DNA of 64,000 nucleotides from contig JAENWW010000005.1 in the NCBI GenBank assembly GCA_016649875.1, forward strand, positions 12,401-76,400, given 5' to 3'. The DNA is from Coriobacteriia bacterium (GTDB taxonomy: Bacteria > Actinomycetota > Coriobacteriia > WRKU01 > JAENWW01). Position 1 is the stretch's first letter. Each line of letters begins with the position of its first letter. The notes below the pieces were generated by a model. It had not been told where the DNA came from and ran no database searches. It worked only from the letters and a program-made list of their open reading frames with translations. The position numbers were made by a program, and so were the translations under genes. Positions 1-8,317 of this stretch are shown here, piece after piece.

Positions 1-248
1 CGGCATAAATATCTGGGATGAAATTTATCCCTGATGAAATACTTGACGGTGGTTTCGTGTTGCATAAATTCGGATTCGAAATTAGAACGTCGATGCGAGA
101 CTGTAATTCTTTGAGTAAGAATAGAAAGTACATAATATGACGTTAAAGTAAATAAAACCCGTTTGATATCGGCATTGCAATACGGTTCTATACCAAGGAA
201 TTTAGTGTAGAATCGCCTCCAAGGGTAAAGCTGCTGAAAGTGATTCTC

Positions 249-473
249 ATGGCTAACGCAAATATCGCTATTCGTATGGACGAGGCGCTCAAAAAGCAAG
301 CTGACGCGCTTTTCGACGAGATGGGCACGAATTTTATCACTGCCGTGAATATCTTCTTCAAACAAGCGCTGCGTGAAAAGCGAATACCCTTCGAAGTGAC
401 TGCCACACAAGGAGTATTCTGTGCATCAGCGGAAATGTTCAGTGGACCCGACATGGAGAGGCGGGACTTATGA
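249..473 (+). CDS. Type II antitoxin, RelB/DinJ family (start may be the GTG at 240)
   Basis: N-terminus MANANIAIRMDEALKKQADALFDEMG...ALREKRIPF closely resembles DinJ/RelB antitoxins. Its stop overlaps the next gene's start (ATGA at 470-473). An AT-rich promoter-like region lies upstream. Confidence 0.8.
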   Translation: MANANIAIRMDEALKKQADALFDEMGTNFITAVNIFFKQALREKRIPFEVTATQGVFCASAEMFSGPDMERRDL

Positions 474-1411
474 AGTCGAAAAATGAACTAGTTCTGTTTC
501 AATCCCAGGATGGCGAAGTATCGCTTCCTGTAAGCGTGGATATTGATAAAGATGACATCTGGCTCAACCGTGACCAAATTTCCAAGTTATACGGTCGTGA
601 TATTAAGACAATCGGTAAGCACGTCAATAACGTTCTTAATGAGGAGCTAGCGGGGAGTGCGGATGCAGTTGTCGCAAAATTTGCGACAACTGCATCCGAC
701 GGAAAAACGTATCAAGTTGAGCATTATAACCTCGATGTCGTCATCTCTGTCGGCTATCGTGTGAAGTCCAAGCGAGGCATCGAATTTCGTCGTTGGGCTA
801 CCGACGTGCTGCGCCGCTACATCATGCAGGGCCACGCTGAAAACGAAAAGCGACTCGCCCAGCTTGCGGAAATTACTCGGATCATCGAACGCTTGCCGGG
901 TAGTCTCGAGTCCGGCCAGATCCTTGATATCGTCAGAAGTTACACAGGTGCGCTTGACTTGCTTGACGACTACGACCATCAGTCGCTGGGTCGTCCGGAG
1001 GGCAGCAAGGCGACGTATGTCCTTTCTTACGAGGAATGCCGCAACCTTATCGAGAGCATGCGCTTCTCTTCAGAAAGCGAATTGTTCGGGAATGAAAAAG
1101 ATGACTCTTTTGAGAGCAGCATCAGCGCAATTTACCAGAGCTTCGACGGGCAGGATCTTTACCCTTCTGCTCAGGAGAAGGCGGCTAACCTGCTTTACTT
1201 CGTGGTGAAGAACCATTCGTTCAGCGATGGCAACAAACGCATTGCCGCCGCGTTGTTTCTCTACTTCCTTGATAAGAACGGGCTGCTCTATAGCGATGGG
1301 CAAAAGATGTTCGATGACTACACTCTCGTGGCGGTCACCATCATGATCGCCGAGTCGCGTCCAGAGGAAAAGGAGACCATGGTCTCGCTCGTGATGAACT
1401 TTTTGGCGTAG
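470..1411 (+). CDS. RhuM-family N-terminal domain fused to a Fic/DOC (Doc-type) toxin domain
   Basis: The C-terminus carries the Doc signature HSFSDGNKRIAAALFLYFL (HxFx[D/N]GNKR, nt ~1211-1240). The N-terminal ~200 aa resemble RhuM virulence-family proteins. It is translationally coupled to the upstream antitoxin. Confidence 0.85.
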   Translation: MKSKNELVLFQSQDGEVSLPVSVDIDKDDIWLNRDQISKLYGRDIKTIGKHVNNVLNEELAGSADAVVAKFATTASDGKTYQVEHYNLDVVISVGYRVKSKRGIEFRRWATDVLRRYIMQGHAENEKRLAQLAEITRIIERLPGSLESGQILDIVRSYTGALDLLDDYDHQSLGRPEGSKATYVLSYEECRNLIESMRFSSESELFGNEKDDSFESSISAIYQSFDGQDLYPSAQEKAANLLYFVVKNHSFSDGNKRIAAALFLYFLDKNGLLYSDGQKMFDDYTLVAVTIMIAESRPEEKETMVSLVMNFLA

Positions 1412-1563
1412 AGCTTCCCCACGTCGGGCTCAACGAGTACCGTTTGAGGACCAATAACTGGCAATGGCAATCAACTAGAACAAAGCAAAACAAACTATGG
1501 CTTAATAGAACTAATCACTCATTCAAGAGTAAACGTAGAGTGGGAATAGCTTTTACGCAAAAA

Positions 1564-1597
1564 CCTCTCCGAAGCATTTCCACCGGGGAGGTTTTTC
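1564..1597 (+). terminator. Rho-independent terminator after the Doc-fusion gene
   Basis: cctctccg (1564-1571) pairs with cggggagg (1584-1591), 8 bp with one G-U, around a 12-nt loop. A TTTTT run follows immediately. Confidence 0.5.
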
Positions 1598-1692
1598 ATC
1601 TGTTGAATGTGGTTCGGTTACCGAGACGGTGCGTAATCGCGCAATGCGCATTTTTGACGCTTGCGTCATAATCAATCAATAGATATCGGCGT

Positions 1693-2556
1693 TCACCGTT
1701 GGGTATTATCCGTGCAAGCGCAGTTGAATACATCGGGGCAGGGACGTTTGAAATCTGAGGTTCGGGTATCAGGCGAGATACGTCGACCGTCAGAGATGAC
1801 AGACGAAGTCGCGATTTCCGATAGCTTCCTGATAGATTTCCGCAGAACCTCGTTGGTTGCAAAAAGAGCACTCACCGACTCAAGCGCTTTGGCGACAACG
1901 GTACTATAGTCAGCATTCCGTTCTATGAGGTCACGCGTGAAGGTTTCTCCGTCGTGACGAGGGTAACCGTTGCGCGCAGCAAGTGGCGCAAGAAGCTCAG
2001 CGAGACGCTCGGCGTCTATGGGCACACCCCTACGCACCGCATCGCTTACAATATCATCGACTAGACTGGGATCTTCCTTGAGGCGGATGAGGTCGGCAAT
2101 CGTTCTCTCCACGGTCGTAACCGGCAGTCCCTCTATAATCTTGATGTCCTGTGCGTCGATTTCCCATTGCTGATATTTGATATCGTTGCGTGTAGTTTGC
2201 TTTCGCTTCTGCATGATGAATGTATAAGGGGATGCATATAGATCGCCTATGCGTTGAACATAGGCAGCCGTCCTGCCGGCAACTATCGCATCTGGAGTTT
2301 CTTTCTTAAAGCGGTCGAAGGCGGTCTCCTTCGGGAAGATGGACATCCATGCCGCCTTTATGTCTGCAAGAGAAGCGGTTTCTCCGGCGGTGAAGCGATA
2401 GATGCCGGAGGTGAGGTTCTCTGCTCTTCCATCTGCAACCATGCGGGACAGTTGCGTTCGCCCGACGCCGGCATTCTGCGCTTGGGCAGATGAGAACAGA
2501 CCCCATTGCGACGCAGCGAGCAGTTGTAGCTCCGATATGTTAGATGACGTTTTCAT
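1693..2556 (-). CDS. AbiEi-like (type IV TA antitoxin / transcriptional regulator family) protein. No AbiEii partner is present.
   Basis: The N-terminal region MKTSSNISELQLLAASQWGLFSSAQAQNAGVGRTQLSRMVADGRAENLTSGIYRF matches the AbiEi-type wHTH antitoxin domain. The ORF extends upstream to a TTG at 2643. I prefer the ATG at 2556. Confidence 0.65.
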   Translation of the reverse strand: MKTSSNISELQLLAASQWGLFSSAQAQNAGVGRTQLSRMVADGRAENLTSGIYRFTAGETASLADIKAAWMSIFPKETAFDRFKKETPDAIVAGRTAAYVQRIGDLYASPYTFIMQKRKQTTRNDIKYQQWEIDAQDIKIIEGLPVTTVERTIADLIRLKEDPSLVDDIVSDAVRRGVPIDAERLAELLAPLAARNGYPRHDGETFTRDLIERNADYSTVVAKALESVSALFATNEVLRKSIRKLSEIATSSVISDGRRISPDTRTSDFKRPCPDVFNCACTDNTQR

Positions 2557-2712
2557 ACTGCAATTGTACACTCTATTGACAACAGTTAAAGTAAAAAGTT
2601 GTGTTTCTGAACGCCTTGCAGTAGCAAAGTGCGATGGATACAACTACTCTGAGGGTTTTCGATGGCCTTTCCGGACATTTTAAGTTCTAGCCAAGCGAGC
2701 TCATATTTGTTA

Positions 2713-2727
2713 GAATACAATGTATTC
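2713..2727. promoter_or_regulatory. Putative operator of the relBE module: a perfect 7-bp inverted repeat, GAATACA-a-TGTATTC
   Basis: The palindrome overlaps a TAGAAT -10-like hexamer (2711-2716), just upstream of the RBS GAGGAG (2734-2739) and the ATG at 2745. This is the typical arrangement for antitoxin autoregulation. Confidence 0.4.
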
Positions 2728-2744
2728 AATAGAGAGGAGCGGTC

Positions 2745-2969
2745 ATGGCGACTACCACCGTGCGAATGTCTGACGACGAGATGAATCTCGTCAGGAGTTA
2801 TTCGAAATTAAAAAAGCAAACTATATCGGAAGTGCTCAGAAACGCGGTAATCGAGCAAATCGAGGACGAGTACGACTTGGCCGTTTACGACGAAGCCAAG
2901 ACGGAATTTGATAAAAATCCCGTCACAATTTCTCATGAAGAGATGGGACGAGAGCTCGGTCTCGTTTAA
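2745..2969 (+). CDS. RelB-like ribbon-helix-helix antitoxin
   Basis: 74 aa reading MATTTVRMSDDEMNLVRSYSKLKK...YDEAKTEFDKNPVTISHEEM, the typical antitoxin of RelE/ParE systems. Its stop overlaps the toxin's start (TAATG). Confidence 0.8.
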   Translation: MATTTVRMSDDEMNLVRSYSKLKKQTISEVLRNAVIEQIEDEYDLAVYDEAKTEFDKNPVTISHEEMGRELGLV

Positions 2970-3232
2970 TGTATAAGGTCGAATACTCGCTGAGAGCTCA
3001 AAAGGCGTTGCGAAAACTGGACAAAGATACGGCCCGTTTGCTCTACGCTTGGACCGGGAAGAATCTCGAAGGGTGCAAAGATCCACGAGTTCACGGAAAA
3101 GGTTTGAGCGCCAACCGCTCGGGACAATGGCGTTATCGCATTGGTGGCTATCGTCTCATAACCGAGATCCGAGAAGAAAAACTTATCATCCTCGTCCTTG
3201 AAATCGGCCATCGAAGTGACATCTACCAGTAG
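2969..3232 (+). CDS. relE: RelE/ParE-family toxin (mRNA interferase)
   Basis: 87 aa reading MYKVEYSLRAQKALRKLDKD...WRYRIGGYRLITEIREEKLIILVLEIGHRSDIY, which matches the RelE/ParE fold consensus. Coupled to the upstream antitoxin. Confidence 0.85.
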   Translation: MYKVEYSLRAQKALRKLDKDTARLLYAWTGKNLEGCKDPRVHGKGLSANRSGQWRYRIGGYRLITEIREEKLIILVLEIGHRSDIYQ

Positions 3233-3351
3233 ATGATTTTCGTTTTGGATGGGGACTGTTTTTTCCTTTCTTATCGTAGCCATTCATTTCATAATCTACC
3301 CAAAGTGCTATAATTCGACCAAGATATTTCTATAGTGACTAGGATACCCCT

Positions 3352-4407
3352 ATGAACAGATTCGACTACGCTAAGATACTCCCCACTCTTATGACTCCTG
3401 AGATTATGAATGCCATTTCGGGAATACATGAATATCGGGGAAAACAAGATCTGTACTTATCGAATGTGCCTGAATCCATGGATAAACTCTGTGAGATTGC
3501 CAAGATTCAAAGTACCAAGGCGTCGAACCTAATCGAAGGCATCGGCACGTCTGACAAGAGGCTGCGCGAACTTATGTCGCAGAAAATCGAGCCAAGAAAT
3601 CGCGACGAACGTGAGATATCAGGGTATCGTTTCGTACTCGATACGGTTCACGAAAACTTCCTCCATATCGATGTAACCCCCGGGATAATCTTGCAACTTC
3701 ATCGTGATCTGTACCGATATCTGAATGTTGCCTATGCCGGTCGTTGGAAGGATAGCGATAACGTCATCGCCGAAATGTCGGGAACAGGAGAGCTGGTCGC
3801 CCGATTCGTTCCGACGAGCGCGGCGATTACGCCGGAGGCTGTCGGGCAGCTCTGCGATATTTACAATGCGACAATCAAGGACGGTCTCTATGATCCGCTT
3901 CTCATAACAGCGCTATTCACTTTCGACTTTGTGAGCATCCATCCTTTCACCGATGGAAACGGAAGGCTGAGTCGACTGCTGACACTGTTACTCCTTTATA
4001 AAAACGATTATCTTGTCGGACGATATATTTCAATCGAGCATGAAATAGAAAAAACGAAGGCGACGTATTACGAAGCGCTCAAATCCAGCTCAGCGGGATG
4101 GCAGAGTGGGGATAATGATTATGTTCCGTTTGTAACCTATTTATTGGGCGTCGTCAATTCTTGCTACAAGACGCTCAGCGAACGTGTCGAGACGATGTCT
4201 GACAAGCAATCAAACCAAGAGAGAATTCGAACTTATTTCGATGGCGTGGTCGGTCCGGTGACAAAACGAGAAATCATGGACGATAATCCCGATATGAGCC
4301 AGAAAACCATCGAACGCATTTTGCAGCAGTTACAAGCCGAGGGCGTAGTTGAGAAGATAGGCGCGGCACGCTCGACGGAATATGTCCGAGTCTCCGTGAA
4401 ACCATGA
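3352..4407 (+). CDS. fic: Fic-family AMPylase (class II, with an N-terminal inhibitory motif) carrying a C-terminal winged-helix domain
   Basis: Fic motif HPFTDGNGRLSRLL (nt ~3938-3980). Inhibitory motif SNLIEG (S58xxxE62G, nt 3523-3540). The C-terminal ~70 aa look like a wHTH. Confidence 0.9.
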   Translation: MNRFDYAKILPTLMTPEIMNAISGIHEYRGKQDLYLSNVPESMDKLCEIAKIQSTKASNLIEGIGTSDKRLRELMSQKIEPRNRDEREISGYRFVLDTVHENFLHIDVTPGIILQLHRDLYRYLNVAYAGRWKDSDNVIAEMSGTGELVARFVPTSAAITPEAVGQLCDIYNATIKDGLYDPLLITALFTFDFVSIHPFTDGNGRLSRLLTLLLLYKNDYLVGRYISIEHEIEKTKATYYEALKSSSAGWQSGDNDYVPFVTYLLGVVNSCYKTLSERVETMSDKQSNQERIRTYFDGVVGPVTKREIMDDNPDMSQKTIERILQQLQAEGVVEKIGAARSTEYVRVSVKP

Positions 4408-4413
4408 GAGTAA

Positions 4414-5328
4414 TTATTCAGCAGCCGCGTCAGCCGGCACCCATGTCGTGATGTAGCGCCACTCGTCTGGAGAAAGTTTGCCCGTCGCATCGACCCATGC
4501 CCCGTGCAATCCCAATTCCTCGGCAGCCAGTTCGAAATGGCACTTTGCGATTCCTATATCGTTCAGCTGCATATCGAAACCGGTCGCCCCGTAGCCTTTT
4601 GTTGCACACAAATAGAAATGGAAAACGCCGTCACGGGGGGCATCATTATGACCGGCGCCGTTACGGTCATTGTGGCCGGCATCGTCGGGTCCTTCGTATA
4701 CGACTCTCCACGGTTGCTTGTTCGAAGCCGACGGCCCGAGCCTCACCATTTCGAGAGGAACCGCATACGCGCCGGCCCGCTTCTCGGTAAGGGGCGTCGA
4801 CTCGTCCCCGTCGAAAAACAACTCGCCCCACGGCTTTCTGTGATCGGCACCGATCGCCTTACGCATGAGCGATTCGGGCAGGCGCAGCTTTTCCTTCGCA
4901 ATCCCGACGGGCGAGACGATCGCCAACAACTCGTCATCGCGCAAATCCACGCTCTCGCCGAAGTCTTTTCTGTTGAAGCTCCCCCCGAGCCAGCATGTCT
5001 GCAATCCCAAATCGGTGGCGAAAAGAATGATTTTCTCAAAAAGGTAGCCGAATGCGAGCTCGTCCTTGTTCTCTTTCGAGACCACCCCGACGATAAACGA
5101 ACGGGCACCCGCTATCATGCCGTACGTGCCGAGCTTCTTGCCCGGTCCCTCGGCCATTTCTTCGATGTCGACGAGAACGAACCTCGCTTTGTCGGATGAC
5201 TGAGCGTTCGAGAGTTTCACGTAGTCTTCGAGCTTCGCCCACGTGTCTGTATCGATGACAACCGTTTCATACGTACGAGAAGATTTCCTCTTTCGTATGA
5301 GTTCTTGAGCTGATTTCTGGAATTCCAT
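4414..5328 (-). CDS. Nitroreductase-family protein with two nitroreductase-like halves
   Basis: Carries RKSSRTY and a downstream KQPWR motif typical of the nitroreductase fold. GC returns to ~60%. The ORF extends to 5367, but I prefer the Met at 5328. Confidence 0.7.
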   Translation of the reverse strand: MEFQKSAQELIRKRKSSRTYETVVIDTDTWAKLEDYVKLSNAQSSDKARFVLVDIEEMAEGPGKKLGTYGMIAGARSFIVGVVSKENKDELAFGYLFEKIILFATDLGLQTCWLGGSFNRKDFGESVDLRDDELLAIVSPVGIAKEKLRLPESLMRKAIGADHRKPWGELFFDGDESTPLTEKRAGAYAVPLEMVRLGPSASNKQPWRVVYEGPDDAGHNDRNGAGHNDAPRDGVFHFYLCATKGYGATGFDMQLNDIGIAKCHFELAAEELGLHGAWVDATGKLSPDEWRYITTWVPADAAAE

Positions 5329-5473
5329 GGGAGACCTCACCTTCAATTCAGTCGGTGCGTGATGCATCTATGCCCATTTTACTCGTTTTGCGATTTCGGA
5401 GTCTCGAGATTTCCGTATAATGAAGTCAACCTAACGGACAAACCCGATGAGCGTTGTCGATGAAGGAAAACCG

Positions 5474-7336
5474 ATGCATAGTAAACGCACGATATTTGTG
5501 ACAATACTTCTTTCTTGCCTTTGCATTCCGAGTGCGGCCTTTGCCGCCGATGTTCAGATTTTGTTCACGCATGACCTCCATAGCTCGGTGCAACCGTACA
5601 AGGTACTGACTCCGCAAAACACCGTCAAAACGGTCGGCGGGTATGCGCAGCTGGAATCAGCCATCGATAAGACGCGCACCGGGACATCGGTGCTGGTCGA
5701 TGCGGGCGATTTTTCGGTGGGTTCGCTTTACAATCTCGTGCTGCAAGACATGAGCCCCGATCTCACGCTCATGGGCGACATGGGCTATGACGCCACGACG
5801 TTCGGGAACCATGATTTCGACTATTATCCCGACGGACTGGCGCGTATTCTCAAAGCGAGCAAGGGGCGCGGGCCCCGTATTTTGGCGGCGAATCTCGTGT
5901 ACGGCAACGATTCGGCGAGCCGGCAGCTCAAGCAGGAGATGAAAGACTACGGTTCGACACCGACGGCAATCATCACGCGCAACGGGGTGAAGATAGGGGT
6001 GTTCGGCGTCATCGGCCAACGCGCGGTCAGTTTTTCGGCCACGATGGGCGGAACCACGTGTTCCGACATCACGAAGGCATCGAAAGCGGCGGTTGCCAAG
6101 CTGAAGGCTCAGGGCGCAGACGTCATCATCGCGCTCTCGCACAACGGCACCACGGTGAATCATAAAAACTCACCCGACGAGGAATTGGCGAAAGCGGTCC
6201 CCGGAATCGATGTGATTATCAGCGGGCACTCCCATACGGTCTTGAACGCTCCGATAAAGGTGGGCAACACCCTCATCGTTTCATGTGGAAGCCGGGGCCG
6301 CTACCTGGGAGATCTCACGGTTTCGGAAAGCTCCGGCTCGGTGAAACTCAAAAGTTATCGGTTGGTTCCTGTGTCGGGACAAGGTTCTGCTGCGATGAGC
6401 GCGGCGATCAAGCCATTTCAGGCGGGAGTGAGCGCGGCGAGTGAAAAGACGCTCGGGTTTTCCGGCGACAAAGTGATTGCCTACGCACCGAGAAATCTCG
6501 ACAATGCCGACGACATACAGACGAAGTTCGGCGAATACGGTCTCGCGAACCTGATTACGGATTCCTACCTCAACGAAACGAAGGGACTGGTCGCACCGGG
6601 AGCGATAAGCGTGGTCGGTGCGGGAATGATTCGCGACAGCCTGTATAAAGGAAACGTCACCGTGTCCGATGCCTATGATGTCCTCTCGCTCGGTATCGGC
6701 CCCGACAAAAGCTTGGGCTATCCGCTCACGAGCGTCTACCTCACGGGCACGGAGTTGCGCCAGTTTTGTGATGTCGACGTTTCGATGTTTACCATCATGC
6801 CCGAGGCGCAACTGTTCTTCTCGGGTTTGCGCTATACCTACAATGACAACCGGCTTCTCATGAATCGCGTCATCGATCTGCAGGCGCAAAATGCCGACGG
6901 CACCTGGTCGAGAGTCGAACCCGACCGACTCTATAACGTGGTGAGCAGTCTTTACCTCATCAAAATGGCGGGGATGGTCAACGATACAAGCAAGGGCGTC
7001 ATCCGGCTCACACCGCGCGATAAAAACGGCAACGTCGTCAAGAACCTGGACGGTACGGTCCTTCATGATAAAAACGGTGCCGAAATAAAAGAATGGAAAG
7101 CGTTCGTCAACTATCTGGATAAAGTGAGCGCCGGAGGCACAAAGCCGATTCCGTCAAAGTACTATACCGCACGAAAACAGCGCACGCTCGTCAAGACGAC
7201 GCTCGTGACGTTGTTTGAGAAACCTTCGGCATTTGCTTGGGTTGCGGCCGGTGGACTCGTCGTGCTCATTCTCGTTGTGGCGGCGGCAGTCTACGGTATC
7301 TCTCGATTGGTCAAGGCGAAAACTACGCGGCGATGA
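5474..7336 (+). CDS. Bifunctional metallophosphatase / 5'-nucleotidase (UshA-like), with a signal peptide and a C-terminal TM anchor
   Basis: Signal-peptide-like N-terminus MHSKRTIFVTILLSCLCIPSAAFA. Metallophosphoesterase motifs DLHS, GNHDFD and GHSH. C-terminal hydrophobic anchor VAAGGLVVLILVVAAAVYGI followed by basic residues. RBS AAGGA upstream of 5474. Confidence 0.85.
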   Translation: MHSKRTIFVTILLSCLCIPSAAFAADVQILFTHDLHSSVQPYKVLTPQNTVKTVGGYAQLESAIDKTRTGTSVLVDAGDFSVGSLYNLVLQDMSPDLTLMGDMGYDATTFGNHDFDYYPDGLARILKASKGRGPRILAANLVYGNDSASRQLKQEMKDYGSTPTAIITRNGVKIGVFGVIGQRAVSFSATMGGTTCSDITKASKAAVAKLKAQGADVIIALSHNGTTVNHKNSPDEELAKAVPGIDVIISGHSHTVLNAPIKVGNTLIVSCGSRGRYLGDLTVSESSGSVKLKSYRLVPVSGQGSAAMSAAIKPFQAGVSAASEKTLGFSGDKVIAYAPRNLDNADDIQTKFGEYGLANLITDSYLNETKGLVAPGAISVVGAGMIRDSLYKGNVTVSDAYDVLSLGIGPDKSLGYPLTSVYLTGTELRQFCDVDVSMFTIMPEAQLFFSGLRYTYNDNRLLMNRVIDLQAQNADGTWSRVEPDRLYNVVSSLYLIKMAGMVNDTSKGVIRLTPRDKNGNVVKNLDGTVLHDKNGAEIKEWKAFVNYLDKVSAGGTKPIPSKYYTARKQRTLVKTTLVTLFEKPSAFAWVAAGGLVVLILVVAAAVYGISRLVKAKTTRR

Positions 7337-7670
7337 CGCACGCGATGAAGCGGAGTGTCTCGCTGCCGGCGCACGCTATGGAGTGCGTCTGGCCGTCGGC
7401 GGTGTAGATGGTGTCGCCACAAGACACGGAGACCGGCCCGTTTCCCTCATCGACGAAACCTTCACCGTCCAAAATAAAGTAGATCTCGAAGTCATCGATA
7501 TGCGAATGCGGCCCGATCGAAGAACCCGGTTCGAGTTCGAGCAGCTTGAACATTTTCGCTTTGCCTTTCAGCTGGGCTGCATCGGCGAGCTCGTATCCGA
7601 TCATGGCGCCGTTTCCTCCGCGAGCGTGCTCGGTCGAGGCCGATTGTAAATCTGTGAGATGGGTTATCAC
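7323..7670 (-). CDS. Cupin-domain protein
   Basis: 115 aa with cupin motifs G(x)5HxH...: PHSHIDDFEIYFILDGEG ... GDTIYTADGQTHS. Confidence 0.65.
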   Translation of the reverse strand: MITHLTDLQSASTEHARGGNGAMIGYELADAAQLKGKAKMFKLLELEPGSSIGPHSHIDDFEIYFILDGEGFVDEGNGPVSVSCGDTIYTADGQTHSIACAGSETLRFIACVIAA

Positions 7671-7808
7671 CGGGGGGCTCCTTATGTTTGTGCGGTTTTT
7701 TAAGATTCGGCGTGTCCGCTCGAATATATATAAATATATCGCATCGACGGTTTCGTTTCAGCGACGTGGTTTTATGCCACAGATGCTAATATAAAATAGG
7801 AGGAACTC

Positions 7809-8222
7809 ATGACAGGCTACTTGGCATCTTTGGGACTATTGATATTAAGACTCGTTATCGGTCTTACGCTTGCGGCGCAAGGTTCGCAAAAATTGTTCGG
7901 ACTATTCGGAGGAGGCGGCATCGCCGGCACCGTGGTTTGGTTCGAATCGCTCGGCATGAAGCCGGGCAAGCGCTATGCGGTGTTGGCTGGCCTCGGCGAA
8001 CTCGGTAGCGGATTGTTCTTCGCTTTCGGACTGCTCACGCCTCTTGCGGCGTTCGGCATCGTTGCCGTGATGATAGTCTGCATCTTCACCGCTTTGCGCA
8101 AAAACGGCTACTGGGCGGTGCAGGGCGGATATGAGTATAACGTGGCGATTATGGCTGCCGCGGTTTGCGTGGCACTCACCGGGCCGGGAATCTACGCCCT
8201 CGACCGTTTGCTCGGTCTGTAA
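7809..8222 (+). CDS. DoxX-family membrane protein
   Basis: Four predicted TM helices and a DoxX-like N-terminus LILRLVIGLTLAAQGSQKLFG. RBS AGGAGG six nt upstream. Confidence 0.8.
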   Translation: MTGYLASLGLLILRLVIGLTLAAQGSQKLFGLFGGGGIAGTVVWFESLGMKPGKRYAVLAGLGELGSGLFFAFGLLTPLAAFGIVAVMIVCIFTALRKNGYWAVQGGYEYNVAIMAAAVCVALTGPGIYALDRLLGL

Positions 8223-8317
8223 GGGGTTTTTGACCGCGTCTCTCCTCGTTCTTGCAATAGGGTAAAATAAAAGGAAAGGCGCGGTTTTCTTATGTCATAC
8301 GAGACAACGGTGAATAT

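Noticed and set aside
188-454. An 88-aa ORF antisense to the DinJ-like antitoxin gene
   Set aside because: It lies fully inside a well-supported antitoxin CDS on the opposite strand. It has no RBS and no recognisable features, so it is a typical spurious antisense ORF.
7215-7649. A 144-aa plus-strand ORF overlapping the cupin gene
   Set aside because: It is antisense to the cupin CDS, which has recognisable cupin motifs. It has no supporting signals.
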